From Endomicrobiales bacterium (GTDB lineage Bacteria; Elusimicrobiota; Endomicrobiia; Endomicrobiales; CAWCFT01), in the NCBI GenBank assembly GCA_963794945.1, contig CAWCFT010000001.1, positions 128,001-192,000 on the forward strand: 64,000 nt of DNA, in the 5' to 3' direction. Made by a program: the position numbers and the translations under genes. Positions within the stretch are counted from its first letter, which is position 1; each line of letters begins with the position of its first letter. Under the pieces are notes generated by a model, which ran no database searches, was not told where the DNA came from, and worked only from the letters and a program-made list of their open reading frames with translations. Below are positions 9,667 to 18,521 of the stretch, piece by piece.

Positions 9667-11012
9667 TGATAATATGAAAGCAACCTCCATCTAGTTTTGT
9701 TAAACTTATTGTATCGAGCAATAAGACAAAACGAGGAGGTTGCCATGAATTATGTTGGTGTAGACTTGCACAAAGAGCGTTCTTGGTTTTACGTGACGAA
9801 CGAGCAGGGCAAACGGATTGACAGCCAGAGTATAGCAAATTTGCCAGAAGTGTTGCGATCATATTATAAAACGCTCCCACGACCATTTACACTTGCAGTT
9901 GAAACGACTTACAATTGGTACTATTTCGTTGATCTCGCCGAAGAATATGCTTACAAGGTGTATCTTGCGAATTCGTACGAGCTGAAAGCATTTGCAAAAC
10001 GAAACAAGAAAACAGAACAAGATAGATGCCCGGCTTATAGCCGATGTGCTCCGTAAGGGCTATTTACCTACAGTAGAGCTGCCAAACAAGAAGATACGAG
10101 CTATTAAAGAACTGTTGCATTGCCGGATGAGCATTGTCAGTGAACGAACGCGGAACACAGCACGGTTAAAGTCACTTCTTGATCGCCATGGACAGATGTC
10201 AACGGGTGACTATACTTCAATGAAGCAATTGAACGGTATTGCGGTGAACAAATTATCTGAACCGTGCCGGATTGCCGCAGAAAACTGGATTGAGCAAATA
10301 GGCGCTTTGAATGCGCGTGAAAACCGTATCGGGTGGCAACTACATGCAATAGCCGAAAGTGATCCCGACGCACGGAATCTTGAAAGTATTCCTGGGATCG
10401 GCAGTTTTAGTGCATTGCTTATTAAAAGCGAGATAGGCGATATTAGCCGTTTTACAACATTTAACCGCCTCTGCGCGTACGCAGGCCTTGCACCGAGAAC
10501 ATTCCAGAGCGCCGACAAAGAATATCACGGTTCTTTAAATAAGAATCGGCGTAAACACCTACAGTGGATATTGATTGAGGCAGTTCACCATTTTTCAAAG
10601 AGAGCGTTGAACGAACAGAAAAGTATGAAGCTATAGCCAAACGGAAAGCGCCCAACGTGGCGCGAGTGGCTCTTGCCAGAGATTTATTGAAAATTGTGTA
10701 TCGAGTTTTGAAAGATAAGCGGCCATATTATATACGGACTACGGCGTCCCTCGCGCTCAATGGTGCCTGAAGTGTCCGCCGCAAGGCTGACAGCTTCAAC
10801 AAGTCTGATTAGCGGAGGGGCGTCGCCCGATTCTATCATGCAGTCCGCCAAGTGCAGAGCTGCCAATAGGTGACTGAAGTCCGGATATTTTCGGAGCTTC
10901 TTACGATACAAAGCGGGCGAACGGCCAAAGAACTTGTTTAACAGAACAGATCAGTAGTTAGAAACTACTGCGGAGATACTTTTTGTCACCTTGACTTTTT
11001 CTTTCATAGGTG
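9667..11012 (+). mobile_element. IS110-family (IS1111-type) element, copy 1; transposase 9745-10770 frameshifted
   Basis: Near-identical to 14565-15910 and 43618-44964; ends TG-ATAA-TATGAAAG ... CTTTCATA-GG-TG. Confidence 0.95.
10744..10925 (+). ncRNA. Predicted bridge/seek RNA in IS right non-coding end (also in copies 2 and 3)
   Basis: Internal loop carrying AATGGTGCC and ACAAGTCTG matches insertion flanks; TATCA and ATAGGTGA match circle junction; 3' end uncertain. Confidence 0.8.
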
Positions 11013-11042
11013 ACACCGTTCATCGAATGGTAGTTTGGGGAA

Positions 11043-11124
11043 TCGCAAACTTGGAACAGTCACCTCAGGCAATCGCCGGCCTCTTGACGAGACCCGCCAG
11101 TTGTTTTTGGCGGGCCTGACTCCA
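11043..11124 (+). repeat. Structured ~100-bp repeat, diverged copy
   Basis: Homologous to reverse complement of 15951-16059 and 16938-17046. Confidence 0.85.
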
Positions 11125-11151
11125 CTTAATATTTTACTAACACCAATTTCT

Positions 11152-12258
11152 TTAGATTGCCAATACATTTCTTAAAGCTGAATCGATTTCATCCCAATCT
11201 TTAATCCAGCAAACAGCAACCCCTAAATGGTGAAGACCGCATTCCATAATATCACGCAACCATTTTTCTTTCGGTAAAACATTAACCCACACATGGTATG
11301 CAGGAATTTTAGCGCCTCCTGAAATAACGTCAATGTCATTAATATTATTTTTATGTGTCCAAGCCAACCATTTTCTGATATTTAAATCGCTTAGCGAATG
11401 CCCTATTATCAGCATTCTTGTTGTTTGAGCATAATATAGAAAAGTCGACTGAGTCCAGGAAGACATGTTACCAGCTATATCCAAATAATCTTTCTCTCGA
11501 AATACAAGTTTATCTCTTGAATCTCTTCGATGTTCCTTTAAGGCTACTTTAACGTTAGGCGCAATCGCACCATGACTATAAATGAATGGAATGCTCCCAT
11601 GCCATACATATTGTGACCTAAATACACTTTGATATTTCCTCTTCGGCCTCACGTGTTGCCCTATTTTTGTTTCATGTTCATTAATTGCTAGTACATCTGT
11701 AATTGTATATAAAAGAGTATCTGCATTAAAACTGAGTACCGCTGTTGGGGCTTTGGGTGTATCAACTAAGTCGTTTAATATCCGAGAAAGACTAAAGATT
11801 GTCGTTTGCTTAAATTCTTTTTCCAAAAATACATATAGCTTTTCCATTTGACGTAGTTTTAAATATCTCGGATCACTCAATGCTATAATCAGCTCTTTTG
11901 TTACATTATATGTGGTAGCCTTTTTGAATAGATCATTATAAAGAGCTGACCCAAGAATTGAAATAAACTTTCTCGCATCAGTGCTACTGGAGTCTATAAT
12001 ATTTTCGGCTGCTTGAATATAGGCATCTAGACCCCAGCCCGTATTTACACAAGCTTTTTTAAATTCATCAAATGCTATTTTTGTCTTAAAAGCATCCTGC
12101 AGTACATGCCAAGTCAATTCACTCCAATTAGGAACTAACCCAGTAGAAGTTCCGGCTCCAATGCATAAAGTCCAAGGAACATTGCTTACGCTTCCCCTAT
12201 ATTTAGTTTCCAGTCCAAAGAAGGACTCTTTCAATGGTCGTACACATTTGACAAGCAT
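11152..12258 (-). CDS. SIR2-like (SIR2_2) protein
   Basis: IGAGTS..PNW, SFNADTL, YSHG, IIGHSLSDLNIR. Confidence 0.8.
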   Translation of the reverse strand: MLVKCVRPLKESFFGLETKYRGSVSNVPWTLCIGAGTSTGLVPNWSELTWHVLQDAFKTKIAFDEFKKACVNTGWGLDAYIQAAENIIDSSSTDARKFISILGSALYNDLFKKATTYNVTKELIIALSDPRYLKLRQMEKLYVFLEKEFKQTTIFSLSRILNDLVDTPKAPTAVLSFNADTLLYTITDVLAINEHETKIGQHVRPKRKYQSVFRSQYVWHGSIPFIYSHGAIAPNVKVALKEHRRDSRDKLVFREKDYLDIAGNMSSWTQSTFLYYAQTTRMLIIGHSLSDLNIRKWLAWTHKNNINDIDVISGGAKIPAYHVWVNVLPKEKWLRDIMECGLHHLGVAVCWIKDWDEIDSALRNVLAI

Positions 12259-12318
12259 TGTTCGCTCCTTAAAATAGGAACTTTGACTTTAGTGAAAACG
12301 TTAGCCTGACACCATTTC

Positions 12319-14535
12319 TTATTCTTCTTGCCTGTTATTTTTTTGTATTGTATCTAAAATATTGTGTGTGTGCAACCGCAATTTCATTGCCTCTTCCGCT
12401 GTTAATTCGTCAGAGTGAGCAATTTTATTTCTTATCGATTGAAGCTCAATAAACTTCGAGTAAAATAGTTCCTTACTTGAAAATACTTCTTTAAACACTT
12501 CTTCCCAATTATCTCTCCTCGCAATTATTTTATAGTAATCCGGAAAATCAACTGATATCATTTTTGATTTTTCTTCAGGTATTGCCCATGGATATATATT
12601 TTCTTTTTTACTGTGCCTGTCTTCGGCATTTTCCTTCACATCTGAAGGTATCCTTTCATTCCACCAATTACTACTAATACCATTAAGCTTAGTTTCAACA
12701 AATGTTCTTAAATTGACCTCCAGGTCTTTCAAAATATTATAAGGCTCTGACTTTTGGTAAGCCATTTTCTTTCTCTTCTCAATATCCTTAATATATTCTA
12801 TGGCAAACAACTCATTTGACTTATTAATTGTTTCGATGATCATCAATGCAATGTTTGCTCGCCCAGCTTCATTACTTGTCATTGCACGGTATTCTTTAAT
12901 TTTTGAATAATTATTTAAAAAGAATGCAATAATCGGCTCTTTTATTAAATCTTCTACTTTTCTCTTATCCCATACACCTTTGAAATATTGCAACACCTCA
13001 ACCAAAACTCTTGTGAATATATTGAAACCATTGTTATGAAGAATAAAACCTTTTTTCCACTCATGATATTCCTCCGCAAATGAATCTATGAGGGTAAAAT
13101 ATTCATTAATGACTTTCTCGGGGAAGACAAGAATACTATCGGGAAAAGGAATCGTTTCGCTTACTTCTCCATTTTTTTGGTATAGGTTATACGTTCCCTT
13201 AACAAGCGGATCAATAATCTTTCTGTCATATAAAGTATTGCATATGTTAGCTAATTTTAGGGGATATGCCGATGCTTTGCGTTGTTGGTGTCTAGGAATA
13301 AGAATTTTACCCTTGAAATATCCAGTTTTATTAAGTTCTTTTGCTATTTTGGTTATTGCACCCTGAATAGAATTCGGATCAGTTTGTGAAAGCAAATCCC
13401 ATAACAAATTTGGATCTACAGATTTCTGTTTTTGATTAATATCAATAAAATCTCTAGCTTGTTGTTTTTTTCCAATATCTTGATATGCTGTAACACTAAT
13501 ACAATATTTTAGTTTCTCGGTATTAGCTTGGGTGTAGCCATAAATTCTATGTTGCCCATCGATGATCCAAACGCTACCATATATTTTGGGGATAGAAAGT
13601 ATCCCAAACGCCATATTGGTATCTTGCAGAAGTAATCCAGTATTTTTTGGCTCAAATGTCACTTGCTTTTCAAAACTACAAACCACATTGTTTTTAAAAA
13701 ACCCTCCATTGTCAATGTATTCAGCTATACCAGGCTCTTCTGTTGTTCCAAAAATACGTTTTTCATTAATAAATCTCTGGTAAGCATCTTCATTTCCAGA
13801 TTGAAGCCTGAACACGTAAACTAAATTCAATAGTTTTTCAACTGGTATATAAAAACTAAATATTTCTTGGTCTCCAATTGTTACTTTAAAACTTGGGACT
13901 TTATAATCAGCACTGCCTTCCTCATCTTTAATATACTTCGGTGTACAATTCAATTCTTTAAGAACATAATGAAATGTTAAAGAGCCAATTACTTTATATA
14001 ATCTTTCAAGAACATCAATATATCTACTGCACCACAAATATACATCGTTGACTCGTGCAGTCTCTATATCTTTAGGATCAATGTCAATATCATCAACCAC
14101 AAGAACATATCTTACCTCATTATATTTTGATCCGTATTTCTCAGCAATTGCCTTATTAATCTCTATTTGTTTTCCCTTAAAGATATCAATTTCATTTGCG
14201 ATACTTTTTTTCTTAGGCTGATCAGCACTTTTACATTCGACCACAAGCAACGTTCCATTCTTACCACCAACAGCATCTATTTGATATCTACCAAGCCAAG
14301 AATTATAGCCAGATTCAATATCATCAAAACCCAATATTTCAAGCAGAATTCTTACTCTTTCTTGAAATAATTCCCATTTTTTAAATTTTTTCTCTAAAAT
14401 AATCTTCCCATTATCAGTTTTTTTAATTAGGAAACCAACTTTCTTAAAAGATTCTATTTCATCCTTATTTTCCAACTCAATCTCAACTAATTTATTCTTT
14501 TGAGGACTAGGCACTTTCCATTTACTTTGCTTCAT
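12319..14535 (-). CDS. PD-(D/E)xK nuclease + DGQHR (DndB/ParB-like) + Swt1-like HEPN multidomain protein
   Basis: QIDAVG...VVECKS; YQR...IIDGQHR...FIDIN; WWNERIP...RNKIAH; start MKQSKW behind AAGGAG. Confidence 0.85.
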   Translation of the reverse strand: MKQSKWKVPSPQKNKLVEIELENKDEIESFKKVGFLIKKTDNGKIILEKKFKKWELFQERVRILLEILGFDDIESGYNSWLGRYQIDAVGGKNGTLLVVECKSADQPKKKSIANEIDIFKGKQIEINKAIAEKYGSKYNEVRYVLVVDDIDIDPKDIETARVNDVYLWCSRYIDVLERLYKVIGSLTFHYVLKELNCTPKYIKDEEGSADYKVPSFKVTIGDQEIFSFYIPVEKLLNLVYVFRLQSGNEDAYQRFINEKRIFGTTEEPGIAEYIDNGGFFKNNVVCSFEKQVTFEPKNTGLLLQDTNMAFGILSIPKIYGSVWIIDGQHRIYGYTQANTEKLKYCISVTAYQDIGKKQQARDFIDINQKQKSVDPNLLWDLLSQTDPNSIQGAITKIAKELNKTGYFKGKILIPRHQQRKASAYPLKLANICNTLYDRKIIDPLVKGTYNLYQKNGEVSETIPFPDSILVFPEKVINEYFTLIDSFAEEYHEWKKGFILHNNGFNIFTRVLVEVLQYFKGVWDKRKVEDLIKEPIIAFFLNNYSKIKEYRAMTSNEAGRANIALMIIETINKSNELFAIEYIKDIEKRKKMAYQKSEPYNILKDLEVNLRTFVETKLNGISSNWWNERIPSDVKENAEDRHSKKENIYPWAIPEEKSKMISVDFPDYYKIIARRDNWEEVFKEVFSSKELFYSKFIELQSIRNKIAHSDELTAEEAMKLRLHTHNILDTIQKNNRQEE

Positions 14536-14564
14536 TTTACTCTCCTTTGATAAAATAACGGTGT

Positions 14565-15910
14565 CACCTATGAAAGAAAAAGTCAAGGTGACAAAAAGTA
14601 TCTCCGCAGTAGTTTCTAACTACTGATCTGTTCTGTTAAACAAGTTCTTTGGCCGTTCGCCCGCTTTGTATCGTAAGAAGCTCCGAAAATATCCGGACTT
14701 CAGTCACCTATTGGCAGCTCTGCACTTGGCGGACTGCATGATAGAATCGGGCGACGCCCCTCCGCTAATCAGACTTGTTGAAGCTGTCAGCCTTGCGGCG
14801 GACACTTCAGGCACCATTGAGCGCGAGGGACGCCGTAGTCCGTATATAATATGGCCGCTTATCTTTCAAAACTCGATACACAATTTTCAATAAATCTCTG
14901 GCAAGAGCCACTCGCGCCACGTTGGGCGCTTTCCGTTTGGCTATAGCTTCATACTTTTCTGTTCGTTCAACGCTGCTCTTTGAAAAATGGTGAACTGCCT
15001 CAATCAATATCCACTGTAGGTGTTTACGCCGATTCTTATTTAAAGAACCGTGATATTCTTTGTCGGCGCTCTGGAATGTTCTCGGTGCAAGGCCTGCGTA
15101 CGCGCAGAGGCGGTTAAATGTTGTAAAACGGCTAATATCGCCTATCTCGCTTTTAATAAGCAATGCACTAAAACTGCCGATCCCAGGAATACTTTCAAGA
15201 TTCCGTGCGTCGGGATCACTTTCGGCTATTGCATGTAGTTGCCACCCGATACGGTTTTCACGCGCATTCAAAGCGCCTATTTGCTCAATCCAGTTTTCTG
15301 CGGCAATCCGGCACGGTTCAGATAATTTGTTCACCGCAATACCGTTCAATTGCTTCATTGAAGTATAGTCACCCGTTGACATCTGTCCATGGCGATCAAG
15401 AAGTGACTTTAACCGTGCTGTGTTCCGCGTTCGTTCACTGACAATGCTCATCCGGCAATGCAACAGTTCTTTAATAGCTCGTATCTTCTTGTCTGGCAGC
15501 TCTACTGTAGGTAAATAGCCCTTACGGAGCACATCGGCTATAAGCCGGGCATCTATCTTGTCTGTTTTCTTGTTTCGTTTTGCAAATGCTTTCAGCTCGT
15601 ACGAATTCGCAAGATACACCTTGTAAGCATATTCTTCGGCGAGATCAACGAAATAGTACCAATTGTAAGTCGTTTCAACTGCAAGTGTAAATGGTCGTGG
15701 GAGCGTTTTATAATATGATCGCAACACTTCTGGCAAATTTGCTATACTCTGGCTGTCAATCCGTTTGCCCTGCTCGTTCGTCACGTAAAACCAAGAACGC
15801 TCTTTGTGCAAGTCTACACCAACATAATTCATGGCAACCTCCTCGTTTTGTCTTATTGCTCGATACAATAAGTTTAACAAAACTAGATGGAGGTTGCTTT
15901 CATATTATCA
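14565..15910 (-). mobile_element. IS110-family (IS1111-type) element, copy 2 (intact)
   Basis: 1346 bp between TG cores; same ends as copies 1 and 3. Confidence 0.95.
14807..15832 (-). CDS. IS110 DEDD transposase/recombinase
   Basis: GVDLHK, AVET, KTDKIDA, SIPGIG, AYAGLAPRTFQSA; GGAGG RBS before MNYVG. Confidence 0.97.
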   Translation of the reverse strand: MNYVGVDLHKERSWFYVTNEQGKRIDSQSIANLPEVLRSYYKTLPRPFTLAVETTYNWYYFVDLAEEYAYKVYLANSYELKAFAKRNKKTDKIDARLIADVLRKGYLPTVELPDKKIRAIKELLHCRMSIVSERTRNTARLKSLLDRHGQMSTGDYTSMKQLNGIAVNKLSEPCRIAAENWIEQIGALNARENRIGWQLHAIAESDPDARNLESIPGIGSFSALLIKSEIGDISRFTTFNRLCAYAGLAPRTFQSADKEYHGSLNKNRRKHLQWILIEAVHHFSKSSVERTEKYEAIAKRKAPNVARVALARDLLKIVYRVLKDKRPYYIRTTASLALNGA

Positions 15911-15950
15911 GGCTTCACTAATTACACTAACTCTCTGTCAACCTTCAAAA

Positions 15951-16059
15951 ATGGTGTCAGGCCCGCCAAAGATAACCGGTGGATCTCGCCAAGAGGACGG
16001 CGGCTGCTTGAGGCAACTGTTCCAAGTCTGCGACTCCGACTTGACTTATTGTACTTATC
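15951..16059 (-). repeat. Structured 109-bp repeat
   Basis: Direct repeat of 16938-17046; the two bracket the KilA-N gene. Confidence 0.9.
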
Positions 16060-16083
16060 CTCCAAACCACACTAAAAGCTTTA

Positions 16084-16899
16084 TTATTTCAGACTTTTAA
16101 TCGAATTACTGGAAAGAAGCGAACGCATTTGTGCAATAGCGATTTCGTTCAGCTTTATTATTCTTTCCGATTGTTTCATCCCCTGGCGTATCAGCACAGA
16201 GTTTATGCTTTCAAGGTTGCTGAGCACTACTAGTTGTTCGAGAGTTGCACAATCGCGGATATTGCCCTCTTTGCCCGGATTTTCCGAACGCCACGCAGCC
16301 GCGGTTTTACCGAAAAGAGCGACATTAAGCAGGTCAGCTTCTGAGGCGTATATATTATTTACTTGTTGTTAGCTCAATTCTTTCGGCATAAGATTTTCTT
16401 TTATCGCGTCCGTATGAATGGTATAATTAATTTTGGCAAGAGTGCGTTGAAGGTTCCAACCAAGTTTTTTCGAGGATATTTCTTCGTCTTTTAAACGCTG
16501 AAATTCTTTTATCAGATATAGTTTGAATTCCACTGAAACCCAGGAAGCAAACTCAAAGGCTATATCTTTATGGGCGTACGTGCCCCCATACCTTCCCGGT
16601 TTTGAAATAAGGCCTCGCGCTCCGGTTTGTTCTATCCACTGCTTTGCGGTAAGAACAAAACTGTTGATCCCTGCCTGTTTTCTAAACCCCTCGAATTCGG
16701 TGGGTTTAAAAAGCGGGTTGTTAAGCTGTTCCCATATGCCGAGAAATTCTATTGTATTGCGGTTTCTAAGCCAATTCTGGATTATATAGTCTGTTCTGGC
16801 AGGATCTTTATAACGCGCTATATCTGTAATACATATATAATCATCCCGTTCTTTTGAGTAGAAAGACACAACAGTGTCCAATACTTTAATGTGGCTCAT
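16084..16899 (-). pseudogene. KilA-N domain DNA-binding protein with in-frame TAA at 16369-16371
   Basis: DYICITDIA, GRYGGTYAHKDIAFEFASW; frame continues after stop as YASEADLLNVALFG...GNIRD. Confidence 0.85.
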
Positions 16900-16937
16900 T
16901 TCAATTCTCCTTTTATGAGCTAAATTCTCCTCAATAA

Positions 16938-17046
16938 ATGGTGTCAGGCCCGCCAAAGATAACCGGCGTACCTCGCCAAGAGGCTGGCGGCTGCCTGAGG
17001 CGACTGTTCCAAGTCTGCGACTTCGACTTGACTTATTGTACTTATC
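16938..17046 (-). repeat. Structured 109-bp repeat
   Basis: See 15951-16059. Confidence 0.9.
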
Positions 17047-17103
17047 TTTAACTCAGTGCCCGGGCTCTCTAAATTCACTTACTTATAACATACCAATGGG
17101 ACG

Positions 17104-17249
17104 CAAAAAAACCACAGCTATCCTATGACAGCGGTGGTTTGAAGATCAATTCCCGATATACTATCAGATTCGATTTGGCCCATTTTCCATATCCCCTAAG
17201 ATTTGGCAGGCTATAAACGGATTCTAGCTCTTTGAAGTTTTTATGTCAA
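17104..17249 (-). ncRNA. Candidate small-RNA unit D (promoter + ~110 nt + terminator)
   Basis: TTGACA-17-TAGAAT, spacer AACTTCAAAGAG; ACCAC...GTGGT hairpin plus T-run. Confidence 0.55.
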
Positions 17250-17261
17250 GTTATTCAGCTT

Positions 17262-17777
17262 TTAGAACTTTTTTGAAAGAGTAAATCCCAGCGGGCACAT
17301 TTGCGTTCCGAGGGACAGTTTTAATCTGCCGGAATCCCTGTTGTACAGATCTACCGCCCTGATCTGGGCATCCTGGGCCGCTATTCCCGCGGCGCGGCTA
17401 TTGATGGCGCCTATTATGCCTATGGCCAAAAACCCCAGCCCTTCCGCCTGCCTTGTCGCGATACCGTTGCTGTCAGTTATGTCCCTGCTGCTTAAATACC
17501 TGTTATATCCCGTGATCAAAAACACCGCGCTGAAGATTCCGTCGAACACGGCCGAAACCCGCCTTTCGCCGCACAGATGTAACTGTTCAACAGCCGCGGG
17601 AGACTTCTCTATGCAGAGCTTACTGAAATCATCCAGCGTAAGCAGCTTTCCATCCACATTCACAAGATTTTGCCGAAAGCCGTCCCTCGAAACAAAATAA
17701 GCCGGATACCCCTCGGCGAACGCTACGTCCTTAAAACACAATAATACCAGACAAAATACAACCATCTTAATTTTCAT
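17262..17777 (-). CDS. Hypothetical exported/membrane protein
   Basis: Signal peptide, two hydrophobic segments, C-terminal F. Confidence 0.7.
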   Translation of the reverse strand: MKIKMVVFCLVLLCFKDVAFAEGYPAYFVSRDGFRQNLVNVDGKLLTLDDFSKLCIEKSPAAVEQLHLCGERRVSAVFDGIFSAVFLITGYNRYLSSRDITDSNGIATRQAEGLGFLAIGIIGAINSRAAGIAAQDAQIRAVDLYNRDSGRLKLSLGTQMCPLGFTLSKKF

Positions 17778-17791
17778 TCTTGTCTCCGATT

Positions 17792-17821
17792 AACCGTTAC
17801 AACCGCGTAGGTTGCAACGGT
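17792..17821. repeat. REP palindrome flanking RAYT
   Basis: AACCGTTACAACC-GCGTA-GGTTGCAACGGT. Confidence 0.85.
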
Positions 17822-18477
17822 CATTCCAACAACAAATCTTTTATTTTATGTAATTCCTGCTGATAAGATATTCTGTCTTCCACAAAGTTTTTATATTCAC
17901 CTGAGCTGATCGTGATAAGGTCGCGATGACTGGTTAAATTATTTCTATCGTAAATTCCGCTTAGGTATTCCTTGTAAGATGAGGCCTTCCATGATTCGGG
18001 TTTATCGGTTAATTCGGATGTAACAGGATTTAGATGGACGTATCTTGTTAAATGGAGTAAATATTCGTTTGTGTTGACCAGCACGCTTTTGAACCTGCTC
18101 TCCCATAGAGGCCCTTTTCTTTCGTGCTTTGTATTAAAATATCTAGTATAGCTGTTTAAAACGTTGTTCATGAAAACTGATATTCCTTTTCCAGTGTTCT
18201 GCTTCAACACAAAATGCACATGAGTCGGCATAATACAGTACGCGATTATTTGCACCAGATCATTTTTCGTATCATGGAATCCCATGAAATCAAGTTTATT
18301 TTCTCTTAAAAGCTTGTCGTATCTTGAAAAACTGATATCCGGTTTTTCCTTTTGATAGAACTTTACAGCTTCAAGCATCCTGAAATAATCCGTCTCCGTA
18401 TTAAATATAATGTACCGGGCTATACTTCTCGAAAACACGTGGTATACTTGTCCCTCAACTAACAAATCCTTTCTCAT
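17821..18477 (-). CDS. REP-associated tyrosine transposase (RAYT, Y1/HUH)
   Basis: YHVFSR, AYCIMPTHVH, GPLWESRF, RYVHLNPV, SSY. Confidence 0.92.
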   Translation of the reverse strand: MRKDLLVEGQVYHVFSRSIARYIIFNTETDYFRMLEAVKFYQKEKPDISFSRYDKLLRENKLDFMGFHDTKNDLVQIIAYCIMPTHVHFVLKQNTGKGISVFMNNVLNSYTRYFNTKHERKGPLWESRFKSVLVNTNEYLLHLTRYVHLNPVTSELTDKPESWKASSYKEYLSGIYDRNNLTSHRDLITISSGEYKNFVEDRISYQQELHKIKDLLLE

Positions 18478-18490
18478 CCTGATCCCTTTT

Positions 18491-18521
18491 AACCGTTACA
18501 ACCTACGCGGTTGTAACGGTT
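18491..18521. repeat. REP palindrome flanking RAYT (inverted copy)
   Basis: AACCGTTACAACC-TACGC-GGTTGTAACGGTT. Confidence 0.85.

Noticed and set aside
10684..10911. 75-aa ORF repeated in all IS copies
   Set aside because: Antisense to the predicted guide RNA region; identity is explained by IS duplication.
14536..14586. N-terminal extension of the DGQHR ORF
   Set aside because: Begins inside the IS end; the RBS supports the start at 14535.
9301..17046. Integron with attC sites
   Set aside because: No IntI; GCCTGAC resembles RYYYAAC, but paired R''/R' boxes are not placed downstream of genes and orientation flips mid-array. An attC model scan would settle it.
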